64,000 nt of DNA, taken from assembly GCF_006345805.1 (NCBI RefSeq), contig NC_043003.1, positions 84,444,001 through 84,508,000 on the forward strand, written 5' to 3'. Positions within the stretch are counted from its first letter, which is position 1. Every line of letters starts with the position of its first letter. This DNA comes from Octopus sinensis. Taxonomy: Eukaryota. Of this stretch, positions 52,080-64,000 are shown piece after piece. The notes under the pieces are model-generated. The model did not search any database. It saw nothing but the letters and a program-made list of their open reading frames with translations, and was not told the DNA's origin. The translations under genes and the position numbers were made by a program.

Positions 52080-53020
52080 GTGCACTGTTTTTATTGCACA
52101 AACAGCTCTAAGCTAATGAAGTCAGTTACGTAATTCAAGTTCCCGTGTCATTCCATTAGTTCCATATATGTGTATACACACAAATACAGACACACACAGC
52201 TACACTCCGAAGAAAATATCTTCATATCTTTTTATGCAAAAGAATATATGCAAATAAAATTTTTGCAATATAAAACAAACAAACGAACAAACATAGTTTT
52301 CTATATTTAACAGAAGTGTTTAAAGAAATACCAGATAATTTGTTTCATATCCTCTTTGGTTATTTTGAAACGGAGCCAAATAATGCGGTAGTTTATAAAC
52401 ATTAACTCGAAAGCAGCAATCGTCGACTAATATGCTCTATGTATTATATATAGAAATATAATATATGATTTAATATAATATACATACATATATATATATA
52501 TATATGTGTATATATTTCTACACACGCATATACGCTGGCACACTCGAACATTTGCACAAACGCAAGCAATACAACACATACACAAACAAGATAGATGCCA
52601 GAAATAGTTTGGTTTCTAGACTCAATCCTTCCGATTGACCAGAATTAATAGGATATTTTATTTCCTTATTCCTGGTTTTTATTACATTCTTTTTTTTTTC
52701 CTTCTCCCTCTGTATTATTTTTAAAGATTCTCCATAAAGATAACAACTAAAAAAAAATAAATAAATAAACAATTAACAAGTAAAGTTACGAATAAGAATA
52801 ATCACTCCAAAGAAACACGATACGCAAGGTTACAAGCCATCGAATGCCAAAGGAATTAATAAGAATTCCTAATTCCCTCCCTTGATTTCATTCGAAAACT
52901 GTCAGCCTGCTCTGATCATTAGAGCGTCAGACGCCAGAAACCAAAACAAACACAAGTTAAAAATAAAACATAACATACATACATTATATATATATATATA
53001 TATATACATATATACATATA

Positions 53021-53478
53021 TAGGCGTAAGAGTGGTTGTGTGGTAAGTAGCTTGTTTACGAACTATATGGTTCCGGGTTCAGTCCCACTGCGTGGCACCT
53101 TGGGCAAGTGTCTTCTACTACAGCCTCGAGTCACAGGCTACATGCCTATAATAAAGAGTAAACTATAGCCTCGGGCCGACCAAAGCCTTGTGAGTGGATT
53201 TGGTAGACGGAAACTGAAAGAAGCCCGTTGTATATATGTATGTATATATATGTGTGTGTCTGTATGTGTTTGTGTGTCTGTGTTTGTCCTCCCCAACATC
53301 GCTTGACAACCGATGCTGGTGTGTTTACGTCACCGTAACTGAGCGGTTCGGCAAAAGATACCGATAGAATAAGTACTAGGCTTACAAAGAACAAGTCCTG
53401 AGGTCGATTTGCTCGACTAAAGGCGGTGCTCCAGCATGGCCACAGTCAAATGACTGAAACAAGTAAAAGAAAAAAAAA
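53021..53478 (+). mobile_element. SINE family A, well preserved, with a 33-nt internal insertion
   Basis: Complete element. The insertion at 53129-53161 lies between ACTA(C/T)AGCCTCG repeats. Confidence 0.92.
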
Positions 53479-53589
53479 GAGTATATATATTTATTTATAC
53501 ATATATATTTATACATGCATACAACACACATATTTTTACATGCCCACACACACATGTATTTATACATGCTTACACAAACACACACACAC

Positions 53590-53914
53590 ACATTGTCGTG
53601 GCACTCCGTCGGTCCCAGTTGATCCGAACAACGGAACAGCCTGCTCGTAAAATTAACAGACACGTGTACCCTTAACGTAGTTCTTGGCGAGATTAAGCGT
53701 GACACATTGTGTGACAAGGCTGGCCCTTTGAAATACAGGTACAACAGAAACAGGAAGAAAGAGTGAGAAAGTTGTGGTGAAAGAAAACAGCAGGGTTCGC
53801 CACCACCCTCTGCCGGAGCCTCGTGGAGCCTTAGGTGTTTTCGCTCAATAAACACTCACAACGCCCGATCTAGGAATCGAAACCGCGATCCCTAACCACT
53901 GGGCCATTGCGCCT

Positions 53915-53917
<3 letters not shown>
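53590..53917 (-). mobile_element. SINE with an E-type tail on a different middle segment
   Basis: Head GTGGAGGCGCAATGGCCCAGTGG…GGTTTCGATTCC, middle TTTATTGAGCGAAAACACCTAAGG…, then the E tail TGTATTTCAAAGGGCCAGCCTTGTCAC. Confidence 0.8.
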
Positions 53918-53951
<34 letters not shown>

Positions 53952-53953
<2 letters not shown>

Positions 53954-54900
53954 GGGTCATTGGCGGTCTTTTATATCATTATTGTTCAAAATTAAGATCA
54001 ACAAAGTTCTTTTTAAATCTGAAATATGCTCTCCTTCATTTTCTACAATGCTCTTCCATCTATCTGGAAGACTTACAAGACCTCTCTTCAAAAATCCACT
54101 TGTCTGTGGCGAAAAATATTCTTCCAGTACTGTTCTGATATCGTCAACAGAATTCATATTTTTGAAGACTGCGGAATAAACGATAATTAATTGGGGCAAT
54201 GTCCGGCGAATATGATGGGAGGGACATCGTTTCCCATTCAAATTGCTCCACTGTCATCCTCACTGTATGTGGCCGAGCATTATCCAGATGGAAGAAAAAT
54301 CTTTCGTCTTGAAACCAATGATGGTCGTTTTTCTTCTAGGGCTGACTAAAGCCGCTCAAGATGCTCGCAGTAGATCTCCTTTGTTAATGTTTAGTTTGAG
54401 TTTAAAAGTTCAAAATGGACTAAACTTTCCATGTCCCACCAAAGAAATAACAACACCTTACGTGGGTATTTTGCCTTTCCCTACGCACTGTCCTTGGCGC
54501 TTGACGTTTTTATAGAGAATCTATTTCTCGTCACCAAGAAAGTTCATTCGTGCGACGTGACAGTAAAGAAGAGCACACATCCACTCTCTACGCGCGATTA
54601 GATTCGGAAAGTATGTGAGGAACCTATTGACCCAAAATGGAGATTTTTCCGATGGCACGCAGGTGTCGATGAATGGTTGAATGACCAAATCCACATTTCT
54701 CTGCGAGTTCCTCAACTGGACTTTGTTTCACCAGGGTTTGCAAAACATCCTTGTCGAGCTCTACAAATATTTCAGAACGAAGCTCGTCTTCTAGACTGTA
54801 GTTTCCGGCTCAGAATTTCTGGAACCACCGTTGACACTAGCTTATGCTTATCATCCGATCCCCTTTCGTTTATTGCCTGGTGATAAGAGGACAGTCTTGA
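53952..54900 (-). pseudogene. decayed mariner-family transposase within a Tc1/mariner element
   Basis: QRWFQKF*AGNYSLEDE (HTH region), Q*VPH (WVPHEL box), GDEK*, HLDNARPH, YSPDIAPINYRLFRSL and RGLVSLPDRWKSIVENEGEH. There are stops and frameshifts, and the third catalytic Asp is replaced by Asn. One terminus is TA-CAGGGTCA. Confidence 0.92.
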
Positions 54901-55499
54901 GACAAAATATACGCGGCAAAAAGAACTGAGAAACAGTGACTATATTCAAACCCCGAGTTTTTGTCCAACGAACTCGATGGATGATTTAGAAAACTAAACT
55001 GAATGCCTTTCTCTCGAACTGAGTTTCAAATTTTTGCTATCGTTAGTGGCATGACGATTCACAAGATAGAAATTGCATGTATGTGCGTCAGTATTCTGGC
55101 ACGCATAAAAGTGCCAGTATAGATATATATGGAGCTAAGGATCCCAAGGGACGTAAATTTAGCGTCATAATGAATTACATATATATATTGTTCTTTGAAG
55201 TCAGAACTGAATTGTGATGCGTTAAGTACAATTACAGAGTAAGGAATGTGCACATGTTTATTGCATTAAGTGTGCTCTCGCCTCTAATGATTAAGCTAAT
55301 TTTAAGATGGATTTTATTTTATGAGCGATTATACACCAGTAAATATAAATTATGTATAAGTTTGAATCTGTGTTCGCGTGCGTTCGCGCGTCTGTGTGCG
55401 TGTGTGTGTGCGAGTGAAAACTGCGATTCATTACATACGTTCGGAGATATACATATATATATATACACACACACACATATGATAGATCGCTATCCAGAA

Positions 55500-55641
55500 C
55501 ACATTCTTTATTTTCTCTCCTTGTTTCTTTCTGTGGAAGAGCGTAGGCACGAAACGTTAAAGACTTTTTCAATTCCCAAGCGTTATAATAATACATCTAT
55601 TTGTTGTCTATACCACAGGTCTTCGTCTTTTTTTTTTGTGA

Positions 55642-55645
<4 letters not shown>
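55500..55645 (+). mobile_element. probable Penelope-like tail with a hammerhead-like motif (55526-55563)
   Basis: TCTTT CTGTGGAA GAGC-GTAG-GCAC GAA ACGT T AAAGA. Confidence 0.45.
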
Positions 55646-55717
<72 letters not shown>

Positions 55718-55771
55718 GCATATATACACAGATATATATTCATATATATATATATATATGCGTAACTGAAA

Positions 55772-57192
55772 CCTATTTTATCGACCCCGAAAGGATGAAA
55801 GGCAAAGTCGACCTCGGCGGAATTTGAACTCAGAACGTAAAGGCAGACGAAATACCGCTAAGCATTTCGCCCGGCGTGCTAACGTTTCTGCCAGCTCGCC
55901 ACCTTGAGTCTGTTTATATAACGAAAACATGGACGTAGGTATGTCTACGTGTTTAAGAAGGTTACTTCTCAACGAAGTGGCTCGGCTTTCGATCCTAGTG
56001 CCTTGTATTTTTCGCATGTATCTTCCTCTATTGCATCCAGTTAACATATCATTGGTGTGTAAAGTGTAATCTATGTGTATGGCATAGAGGTTGTATAGCA
56101 TTATTGATGCATTGTGTATATATTGTATAATATAGTAATTGTATAGGATATGTGCGAAATAGATATGTATGATATAGTTCTATTTAATACACATCTATTG
56201 ATATGAATAGAGAAGGTGCTATGCTATATGGTAGCGTTGTGCATATTTTAGCTTTTGTATAGTATATAGTGTAGTAGGTGTTTTGCTTATGTAACGAGTG
56301 TATTTTGTATAGAGGTTGTATAAATGTTGTATAGTATGTGCTATGTAGCATAGATTTGTATAGCAAACACTTTTGAAAAGTAAATTCACAAAAGTATATA
56401 GTATACAGACTACAGTACAATTGCTTTATAGTATGTATATCGGTTTCAAATTTTTGCGGACGATCAGCAATTTCGGGGAAAGGGGTAAGCCGATTATATC
56501 GAGCCCACTGCTCAGTTGGTACTTATTTCATCAACAATGAAATAAATACCAATGATGAAATGCAAAGTCGGCCATGGCTGAATTTGAACTCAGAAAGTAA
56601 AGATAGACGAAATGCCGCTAAGCATTTTACCTGGTGCAGTAACGATTCTGCAAGCTCGCCGCCTTCATTATAGTGTGAATATCGTGTAATGAAGGCACCT
56701 AGACTAGTGGTTAGAATGCTGCACTCACAATTGTGAGACTGTGGTTTCGATTTCCAGACAGACACTGTACTCTGGACCAAAATAACTTCATTTCACGTCG
56801 CTCTAGTCCACTCGGTTATAAACAAGTTACGAACTGGCGCCCCGCTTTTCCGCCTGGCCAGCGGGGTGGCATCATTCGAAAGTCACAATGCGAGGAAGCG
56901 CTTTATGACTAGCGGTGTACAGCAGCATCCGATAGTCTTGGCCGGTACAATGATATCGTGTAGTATACTCAGGTATAGTACAGAGCTAATATTGTGTACA
57001 TGCTCTAAGGCGGCGAGCTGACAGAAACGTTAACACGCTGTGCGAAATGTTTAACGGTATTTCGAGGTCGACTTTGCCTTTCAGCCTTTCGGGGTCGATA
57101 AATCAAGTACCATGTGCATACTAGGGTCGATCTAATCGACTGGGTCTCCTGCTCCAAAATTTGGGGTCTTGTACTTTAGAGTAGAAAAGAAT
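55772..57192. mobile_element. SINE cluster: B minus 55772-55903, B minus 56440-56668, C-head SINE with a fourth tail plus 56690-56950, B plus 57008-57192
   Basis: Diagnostic heads and cores as described for the copies above. Confidence 0.85.
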
Positions 57193-57401
57193 ATTGTGTA
57201 CTTCCTCTGAAACAAATGAGTCTAATATGTGTATGTATAACAAATGCGTATGATATACAGGTTACATAGAATAATTGTTATACATTGTGTGTATGTAATA
57301 GATGCGTAATAGTATATACATGCATAGTACACATGTTGTTTCATATAGTTGGTGACAAAAATAAATTGCGATTGCATTCCTTTTTCTTGAATTTCCTCCA
57401 G

Positions 57402-57453
57402 GAAATGTTCCGGCCCAATATGGATACCGCTTGGAAAGTTCCGAAGTAATGAC
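57402..57453 (+). CDS. candidate 52-nt exon (GNVPAQYGYRLESSEVM or KCSGPIWIPLGKFRSND)
   Basis: Strong acceptor ttgcattcctttttcttgaatttcctccag and donor AC|gtaaga. Two frames are open. Confidence 0.3.
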
Positions 57454-58072
57454 GTAAGATTGAACTACTGATAAATGATATGGAAGGAAACCAAGATATG
57501 GAGGGAAACCAACAACAACAACGGACTCGCAAAATGGAAACATAGACACGGATATACGTGTGTGTTTGTGTGTGTGTGTGTGTGTTTACACACAAGTTTA
57601 AACATAAATATATGTATACGTGTGTAGGTGCATGTACACACAAACACACACACACGCATATTTGGGTGTGCCTATACACGTATATGTTTGTGTGCGTAAA
57701 ATGAGCAACATATTTTATTAGTATGATATTCTCGTATTCAAATTTAGATACGTTGAAATAGATGTTATAGTTGTTGTTGTCATCGTTAAGCTCCATGTTA
57801 AACTTGAGTTACCAAACCTATGATCAAAAATATTCCAGCTGTGACTATCCTGTCTTTAAACTATGTAGGAGTACATTATGTAACAACATCTTTAATATGG
57901 TAAGATGCGATGATAAGCATATTTGGTCGCTAACTTTAGCTGTTAAACCTCTTCATAGAGGCTGAACCATTGGAATAAAAGCGAGGAGGTTTGGGTTAAA
58001 CTAAGTAAAGTAACCGCATTTAATAAATACTCGTTTAAAATAATCATTGACATCGTTATTAATACTGTTGTG

Positions 58073-58538
58073 TGAAGGTGACGATCTGGCAGAATTGTTA
58101 TCGAGTCAGAGAAAATGCTCAGCAGTATTTCTTCGGGATTTTTTACGTTCCGAGTTCAAATACCTATTTCTTTATTACCCACAAGGGGCTAAACACAGAG
58201 GGGACAAACAAGGACAGACATAGGTATTAAGTCGATTGCATCGACCCCAGTGCGTAACTGGTACTTAATTTATCGACCCCGAAAGGATGAAAGGCAAAGT
58301 CGACCTCGGCGGAATTTGAACTCACAACGTAACGCAGACGAAATACCGCTAAGCATTTCGCCCGGCGTGCTAACGTTTCTGCCAGCTCGCCGCCTTCCGA
58401 GTTCAAATACCGCCGAGGTCGACTTAGCCCTTCATCCTTTCCGGATTGATAAAATAAGTACCAGTAGAACACTGGGATCGATGTAATCTCCTATCCTCTC
58501 CCATCAAAATTTCAGGCCTTGTGCCTATCGTAGAAATT
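58073..58538 (+). mobile_element. family B SINE containing an antisense family B variant (58165-58394)
   Basis: Outer TSD GTTATTAATACTGTTGTG (58055-58072, 58539-58556). Inner TSD TTCCGAGTTCAAATACC (58148-58164, 58395-58411). Confidence 0.93.
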
Positions 58539-59240
58539 GTTATTAATACTGTTGTGAATGGAATAAATGATATCCTAGGTTTACTTCCAGGTTACTAAAA
58601 ACAATAGCTACTACGTTATTTAAAAAAAAAATAACAAATCATTCCTTTCTACTCTGGGCACAAGGCCAGAAGTCTGCTTCGCAACGACGTGGTTTGCAGA
58701 TCGAGCCCATTGCCATCACATATTAACCAAATGTCTGCAATATTACCAAAACTGAGGTACTATTTTAGCGTGCAGTCTACCTCAGTATCTGCAGTCTGTG
58801 CTGTGAAATGACCTAATCTATGTTAGGATTAGGGTTAGGGGTTAAGGTTTAGGGGTTAGGTTTGTTTAGGGTTGGACGACTACATGCAAAAGTGTAACTG
58901 TAAAGTGTACAGCAGCACCAAAATGGATTTATGCTATGAGTTGTAGCTATGATTCAGAACACTAAACTTGTCACAGACATTATCTCACTGAATCTGTACG
59001 AGGATTATGTTAACGGGACAAATGTCAACGAACATTCAACTAGCTAAATTATAAAACAATCATTAAATAGTTCCTTTGGTGGAACAATTTGAATATCTCC
59101 CATTGAAGTCTTTTCAAATTGCTGATTAATTTTTGTTTATCTGAATAAAGACGATCCTATATGTACGTGAAATATGAAAGAAACTTCAAGATTAGTGTTT
59201 GATCAGTACAATGTGAACAATCTGATTTGGAAATACGTAT

Positions 59241-59283
<43 letters not shown>

Positions 59284-59972
59284 TTATTTACTTACGCAAA
59301 CTTTCTCTCTCGCATACATATAATTTACAGCAGCTATAACAATAAGGCATATTCTAGTAAGGCTATTAGTCCCGAAGAGAATAATCTTTTAATTCCTGAT
59401 TAACCTCAGTCATTCAGAAAACAAGAATAATTGAAAAACTAAACGTAAATCAAATTTTATAGAAAAACAAAAATCCTTGCCTCACATCGAGGTTTTATAT
59501 CTCATCACGAGGCTATTCTGGTCTTGATGGCAAAAGATGAGATATAGAGGGGTGGAGGAAGAAAGAAAATCAAGGATGGAGAGAGAGAGAGGGGGGAGAG
59601 AGAGAGTGAGAGAGACAAAACATCAGATAAACACTTCCATACTGGTACATGTTCGGACAAGTAAGTAAGCAACAAGCTACGTTCAATTTCCGCGCAGTCT
59701 ACTACAGTTTTGTTGCTAGGTTACAGCAAGCATTTTTCTTTTTAGTTGGGTCGTTGATAATTAAATATGGCCGCTTTTAATAAACGACGAAGACTACAAA
59801 CATTAAGGAGATGCATGTCCAGCATTTCCTATCTCTTCACCGTTGGCAGATGTTTAATTTAACAACGAGAACTTAATCGATCCAGCTGAACAGCTTACGT
59901 GAAGTCCTTTGTGCATGTATTGTGTAGATGTGTCTGTGTGCAATCTGTGTGGGCCTGAAACTATAGATTATC

Positions 59973-59979
<7 letters not shown>

Positions 59980-60019
<40 letters not shown>

Positions 60020-60185
60020 TTTATGCATATGTATATATGTATATATTATATATATTTATGCATATGTATATATGTATATATATATAATATATTTATGCAT
60101 ATGTATATATGTATATATATATATATATATTTATGCATATGTATATATGTATATATATATATTTATGCATATGTATATGTATATA

Positions 60186-60223
<38 letters not shown>

Positions 60224-60248
60224 TATATTTATGCATATGTATATATGT

Positions 60249-60295
<47 letters not shown>

Positions 60296-60304
60296 GCATA
60301 TGTA

Positions 60305-60349
<45 letters not shown>

Positions 60350-60416
60350 TATTATGCATATGTATATATGTATATATATATATAATATATATATATTATA
60401 TATTTATGCATATGTA

Positions 60417-60467
<51 letters not shown>

Positions 60468-60482
60468 GCATATGTATATATG

Positions 60483-60516
<34 letters not shown>

Positions 60517-60537
60517 ATATATATTTATGCATATGTA

Positions 60538-60568
<31 letters not shown>

Positions 60569-60760
60569 TTATGCATATGTATATGTATAATATATATATA
60601 TAATATTTATATTTATGCATATGTATATATGTATATATATATATATATATTTATGCATATGTATATGTATATATATATATATATTATATATATGCATATG
60701 TATATATGTATATATATATATATATATGCATATGTATATATGTATGTGTGTGTGTACCTT
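59980..60760. repeat. higher-order array: TTATGCATATGTATATATGTA core separated by variable (TA)n
   Basis: Roughly 18-20 recurrences are visible. Confidence 0.93.
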
Positions 60761-61899
60761 TACATTATATACATACGTATAATATAGGCATTAGAGGAGC
60801 ATAATATTCTTAAGGTATATTTATAGATTTAGGAGTTAAAAAAAGCTAAAAAATAAAATTAGCTATTTTCATGTATATATTAATTTGTTTTATGTTCCAC
60901 TGTCGTTGAAAGATGGTCTAAACACTCGTTCACACGCGCGTAGACATACACATACGCTCATAGAGACAGTGAAGTAAAGGCAGATATACATATGTACAGA
61001 CAATGTTACAAACAATAACAACACGAATATAAATATGCAGACGAACATACACTCTCACACGTACAAACACGCACACACATACACGCGCATAAATGCATAA
61101 AACAAACGCACAACATACCCAGGGAAAAACGGACACGTATCTAACAGAAACATAACTATAATGGAAAAAATAAACTACAAGTGTTAATTTTCTTCAATGA
61201 TTAAAAAGAAATAACTATGAAAATAAATAGAGAGAAAAAATAATATATTTACTAATTTATTTCTTAAATAAATAAAAGGAGAGAAAAAGTGGAAAATTTA
61301 AATGTCGAATCAAACACTAAAGGATATCTAGCGCCTCCCCCCTCCACTATTAGATAAATATATAACAATATTTTACTTCGATAAGTGATTAGATTTGATA
61401 TCAATAAATTAAGTAGTGAGTATGCTTAAACGCTCGCAACAAATATTAGGAAACTATTTATATCATCAAACACTGTTGTATATACATACATATATACATG
61501 CAACACCATAACACCATTTTGATATTCTCTACAAACTACGTAACATTCAACGCACACACTAGCTGAATGATGCACAAAATACATATATCTCCATTATATA
61601 TAAACATATACACACACACACACACACTCTCTCTCTCTCTCTCTCTCTCTTGCTCTCTCTCTTTCTCTCTCTCATGCACACGCAAACACATCATTTGCAA
61701 AACTTGACGCGGATCATTAAAAATAGGAGTAGCTTTGTCATCTCCCTTTCATGTTCATACATTTCTGTGGCCGCCATTTTCTACAGCAAGGAAACAGACA
61801 CAAGTCTCCAAGCAAGTTTCATTTAACCTCGGCTTTATCTTCCCTTGACCATCATCAACAGCGTTGCTATGGCTACAGGTTATGGTGGGAGTGGAGATG

Positions 61900-61941
<42 letters not shown>

Positions 61942-61943
<2 letters not shown>

Positions 61944-62290
61944 GGTGGCGAACTGGCAGAATCGTTAGCACGCCGGGCAAAATGCTAACGGCATTTCGTC
62001 CATTTTTACGCTTTGAGTTCAAATTGTCATTCATTCTTTTGGGGTCGATAATTTAAGTACTAGTGAAACCCTGTGGTTGATGTAATCGACTAGTCCCCAT
62101 CAAAATAAATTCAGGTCTTGTGCCTATAGTAGAAAGGGTTATTATTATCAGCAGAATCGTTAGCACGCTGGGCAAAATGCTTAACAGCATTTCGCCCGGT
62201 TTTACGTTCTCAGCTCAAATTCCACTGAGGTTGATTTTTGCCTTTCATCCTTTCGAAGTCGATAAGATAAGAAGCAGTAGACTTAATCCA
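61942..62290 (+). mobile_element. two family B SINE pieces after (TTA)n (a family A 5' half lies on the minus strand at 62465-62620)
   Basis: AAGGTGGCGAACTGGCAGAATCGTTAGCACGCCGGGCAAAATGCT head; the second piece starts at CAGCAGAATCGTTAGCACG. Confidence 0.8.
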
Positions 62291-62827
62291 CCACCCACTT
62301 TAACAAAACCACCTGAGCCTTGAATGCTCTGAGTGTAGTTACCAATTTTTGCAAAGTCGCTTGACAGAAAAAAAATTTCTTCACGTCTTTTCTTCAGATT
62401 GGCGTCCTTGTAAAAGGCCAGTCTCTGCTTTACTCCTCCTAGACAGACAGACAGACAGATAGATATATGACGGGCTTCTTTCAGTTTCTATTTACCAAAT
62501 GCACTCACAAAGCTTTGGTCGGCCCGAGGCTAGAGTAGAAGACACTTGCTCAAGGTGCTACGCAGTGAGACTGAACCCGGTGCCAGGTGGTTGGGAAACA
62601 AACTTCTTACCACACAGCCACACCTGTGCATGTATATCTAATTATTTATCTATCCATATTTATCTATCCATATGTATATATATATATATATATAAATTCA
62701 CATGGGTAATATTCGATGAAAAAATGAATAAAACAGATCTTTGTTTTTATATTTTCCTTTTAATTGTAAGACTATAACAAATGCTCGATCAGAATTCTCT
62801 CTCTCTCTCACTCACTAACTATATGTG

Positions 62828-62875
<48 letters not shown>

Positions 62876-63304
62876 TCGATCCTATGTAAAGCTGGTGACA
62901 TACATCTGCGCAGCTACAGTCGTTTTTCTGTACGGTTGACTTCACACAAAACAAAACTTGTACATGCTCATTACCACTTCTCTTTACTGAACTCTCTTAC
63001 ACACACTCACACATTACAATCGTCAGTCAAATCACCGAGGCCACAGCTTGTTTTACTACGACAGACTTTTACATAAAATTAAAAGAAAAGAAACTCAGTA
63101 GCGACACCAATCAATACACGCACGCTCCACACGCACATACAGAGCGAGAGCAGCCTTTTGTGATCCATTTGGAACAAAGTTTCTTCTATAACAATAACCA
63201 GCTGAATAACATTATCAAGGAAAATATAGAGGTTAAGAGCTATCATTTTTTATAGCAATAACTTGTTGATATCAACATTATCCGTGATTATAATAAGCGA
63301 CTAC

Positions 63305-63920
63305 CCATAGATACATACACACACAAATATATGCATACATACACACACAGATACATAGACACACAAATATATACATGCATACACACACAGATATATACAT
63401 GCATACACACACAGATACATACACACACAGATACATACACACACAGATACATACACACACAAATATCTACATGCATACATACACAGATACATACACACAC
63501 AAATATATACATGCATACACACACAGATACATACACACACAGATACATACACACACAGATACATACACACACAAATATATACATGCATACACACACAGAT
63601 ATATACATGCATACACACACAGATACATACACACACAGATACATACACACACAGATACATACACACACAAATATCTACATGCATACATACACAGATACAT
63701 ACACACACAAATATATACATGCATACACACACAGATACATACACACACAGATACATACACACACAGATACATACACACACAAATATATACATGCATACAC
63801 ACACAGATATATACATGCATACACACACAGATATATACATGCATACACACACAGATACATACACATACAAATATATACATGCATACACACACAAATATAT
63901 ACATGCATACATGCATACGT
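63305..63920. repeat. compound minisatellite built from ATACATACACACACAG and AAATATATACATGCATACACACACAG units
   Basis: Directly visible. Confidence 0.93.
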
Positions 63921-64000
63921 GCATAACAAAACCGTGTTGTGGAAATCCAGTGTTGTCTTCAAAGGGACACTCACAGATACCATATTGATTTCCTTTGATC

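Noticed and set aside
55090-55115. CTGGCAC…GTGCCAG hairpin as a Helitron 3' end
   Set aside because: There is no CTRR at the expected distance and no matching 5' TC end.
59980-60760. Repeat-spacer periodicity resembling a CRISPR array
   Set aside because: The spacers are only variable (TA)n, the context is eukaryotic, and there are no cas genes.

Overview
This is AT-rich eukaryotic DNA saturated with repeats, mostly intronic or intergenic. I infer a coleoid cephalopod, probably Octopus, from recognising the SINE families and the microsatellite load; this was not checked by any search. There is no intact long ORF, no rRNA, no genuine tRNA gene and no CRISPR array. Almost all ORFs in the supplied track are translations of (TA)n, (CA)n, (TATG)n or (GA)n arrays. 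Well supported content: more than 40 copies or fragments of tRNA-derived SINEs in several modular families; a decayed mariner transposase plus a second mariner 3' end; the 3' end of a non-LTR retrotransposon with a restriction-like endonuclease; Penelope-like relics (a GIY-YIG C-terminus and tails carrying minimal hammerhead-like motifs); two hAT-type MITEs sharing a triplicated target site; a fold-back element; a 660-bp inverted duplication whose arms differ only by single-base indels; and a 560-bp tandem duplication. Two sets of candidate spliced exons (minus strand 0.5-5.4 kb, plus strand 14-26 kb) are phase-compatible, but I cannot identify their products and confidence is low. I found no clearly new biological system. 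The best leads are the inverted repeat enclosing an exon-like spacer, the hammerhead-like motifs, and 3' module shuffling among SINEs.
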